Assembly: GCF_009914755.1 (NCBI RefSeq)
Contig: NC_060930.1
Reading direction: 5' to 3' (one strand)
Source of the DNA: the human T2T-CHM13v2.0 reference genome, Homo sapiens
Length of the DNA: 64,000 bases
The translations under genes and the position numbers were made by a program. The notes under the pieces were generated by a model. That model did no database searches. It was not told the DNA's origin and saw only the letters and a list, made by a program, of their open reading frames with translations. The stretch's first letter is position 1; every line of letters starts with the position of its first letter. Positions 61,844 through 64,000 of the stretch are shown here, one piece after another.

Positions 61844-62329
61844 TCACAAATAATTACCTAATTGTAATGCTCTGGTTATGATGTATTTTCCTTATAAATT
61901 TAATATCTTTAAGTAGTATTCTTAATTCTTAATGCAACTTCAATATAGATCAGCAAATCCCAATCTGAGAAGGGGGTGTGAGAGGAAAGTAGAGGTATAT
62001 GTCAGAGTCTCTGTAAGGAAGGACTTTCATTATTCTACCAAACTATTAATATACACTTTCCCACGGTTTCTAATAAATCTTTTAACACTTCGAAATAACA
62101 ATCAGAGCAGCTGCCATCTAAGATTTATAAGGTAGAGAATGAATACCCAGTAGCTTTTCTAATATTTTTTTGAATTCAGCCAGTCACTTTTAAACAAAAA
62201 AAGAACCCTTCTATAATCTATTAGTAAATCAAAATTACAAAGATACTTCCTTACATGATAAAGAATATATTTTACCTCAAACTACCAGATTATTACTCTT
62301 ATATAAAACTTCCCACAACCCCTACCCCT

Positions 62330-62540
62330 GGTTATACTCCTTCATATTTCCTTCATAGCACTTATCATGATCTATAATTCTTTATTTACTTGTTCATTTT
62401 CCTCTCTTTTACTAGAATGTAAGATTTGTGTGCATAGAGGTCATAGAGGTCATGTCTGTCCTGTTCACAGTTGTATGCCCAGACATAGCAAGTGCCTCAA
62501 ACAAAATAAACTAAAGAAGTATTCATTGAATGAATGAATA
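62330..62540 (+). mobile_element. L2 3' end
   Basis: CTTCATAGCACTTATCA...ACTAGAATGTAAG...TGTTCACAGTTGTAT...TTGAATGAATGAAT. Confidence 0.65.
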
Positions 62541-62810
62541 CTCCAATGCAGAGAACACTGTGATCATCAACAGTGTCATCTTCAAAATGTTAATGACATC
62601 TACCCACAAACATGTACATATATACAATGGTTAGACATCCACACACACTTTGTACATATGCTTGCCTGTGTGCATCCATGTATGTGAAAATACATATATA
62701 GATAGATACAAGTATATGAGAAAAAATTTACCCAAGTTCCATTTTTCATTATTTTTGTTTTGTTAACTATACATGTTATCTTCAAACAGAAATGAATTTC
62801 TTTTTAACTA

Positions 62811-62957
<147 letters not shown>

Positions 62958-63980
62958 CTAAAAAGAAAAACATTAACAAAACTAAAAGAGAATATTAAAA
63001 ATGTGTGTAAACTATATAAATTTGTTATGAGTGTTATATAATTACTAATATTAATAAAATTATAAACTAAATGTTAATGTTTCATAAGAACAGAATTAAA
63101 TAAACATCAAAGTCATTAATTAGAATTTGTGTGTTTATAGTTACTTGAAAAGACAACTAACAAGTATATTCCAAAAAACACAAAACCTCTTAAGTCTTGG
63201 GAGAAAATTAAAGCAACATCAATTCTCTAATCTTTATTTTTAGGTACATAAAGTTTTCATAATTACATAAAGTCTGTAAGAAAAATATATTTTAAAATGC
63301 AATTTACTTTTGATTTGAGCTGCAGAGAAACAATGTAACCTCATCTTTAATGAAATCAGGAAACATTTAAACCTTCAATCATAGCTTCATATATGAAGGC
63401 AGAAAACAGACAGTGGAATGATATATGACTTAGCAGAAAGGATCAAGGTCAACCTGCTTTTCCCTGATGAATTCAAGAAAGAAGAATCTATATTGGATTC
63501 TACGTAAGTGTAAAATGAGAAGCTAAAAAGAAGAAGACAATTTGAGAGTCTGCAACCACCCCTCTCTCATTCTGTCAGGAGAACCAAAGTTTACTGTCTA
63601 CAGAAAATGAACTCGAGACACAATGAACTATCAAATACCAAATACAGACAGAAGTAAGGGTAAGATGTCTTACTGAAATAAAAGCCTGTACTCTGACTAA
63701 AGACTAAAAACAAAAAGCACAGAGAGAAAATGGAGACAATACAGGATGTAAAAGAAAACTTCAGAAAATATCATGAATTCAGAATATAAATGGATTCTGT
63801 ACTAATGAAACAAATGAAGATGACATTAATTATAAGGGGGAAATTAGAAAACAAAAATGAGCTCTACGAATCAAAAATATAATACATGAATGTAAAAATA
63901 AGTAGAAATATAAAGTTGACAAATCTTTAAGAACACAGAAAAAAAAGGCAAACAGATATACTATAGAAAAGATAAGAGCA

Positions 63981-64000
63981 GGCAGGGAGCAGTGGCTCAT
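63981..64000 (+). mobile_element. Start of an Alu, cut by the window edge
   Basis: GGCAGGGAGCAGTGGCTCAT resembles the Alu 5' end. Confidence 0.55.

Overview
Primate (very probably human) genomic DNA, AT-rich and repeat-dense. The right third (about 44.4-64 kb) holds the 3' half of MMUT (methylmalonyl-CoA mutase) on the minus strand. Seven coding exons (7-13) can be placed exactly by their GT-AG boundaries and splice in frame to the protein C-terminus ...KKQQSV*; exon 11 carries the cobalamin-binding DxHxxG motif. The left two-thirds is intergenic: a full-length but inactivated ~6.03 kb L1PA2/3-type LINE-1 with a target-site duplication (TSD), plus Alus, older L1 and L2/MIR fragments, THE1/MLT solo LTRs and Tigger-type DNA transposons. 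I see no novel protein-coding gene, RNA gene or CRISPR-like system; most short ORFs in the track are repeat-derived or random. The strongest candidate for an undescribed mechanism is splicing-regulatory and is inference only. A latent 76-nt Alu-derived poison exon in MMUT intron 11 (donor CAA|GTGAGT) lies in one partner of an inverted Alu pair flanking exon 12, so A-to-I editing of its -1 A could switch it on. Other notable structures are a stitched L1 filler insertion, an inverted LTR/pol HERV-L remnant, a twin-primed L1 and a micro-L1 supplying poly(A) signals to the 3' UTR region. Repeat subfamily names and MMUT numbering come from recalled consensus/reference sequences, not from a search.
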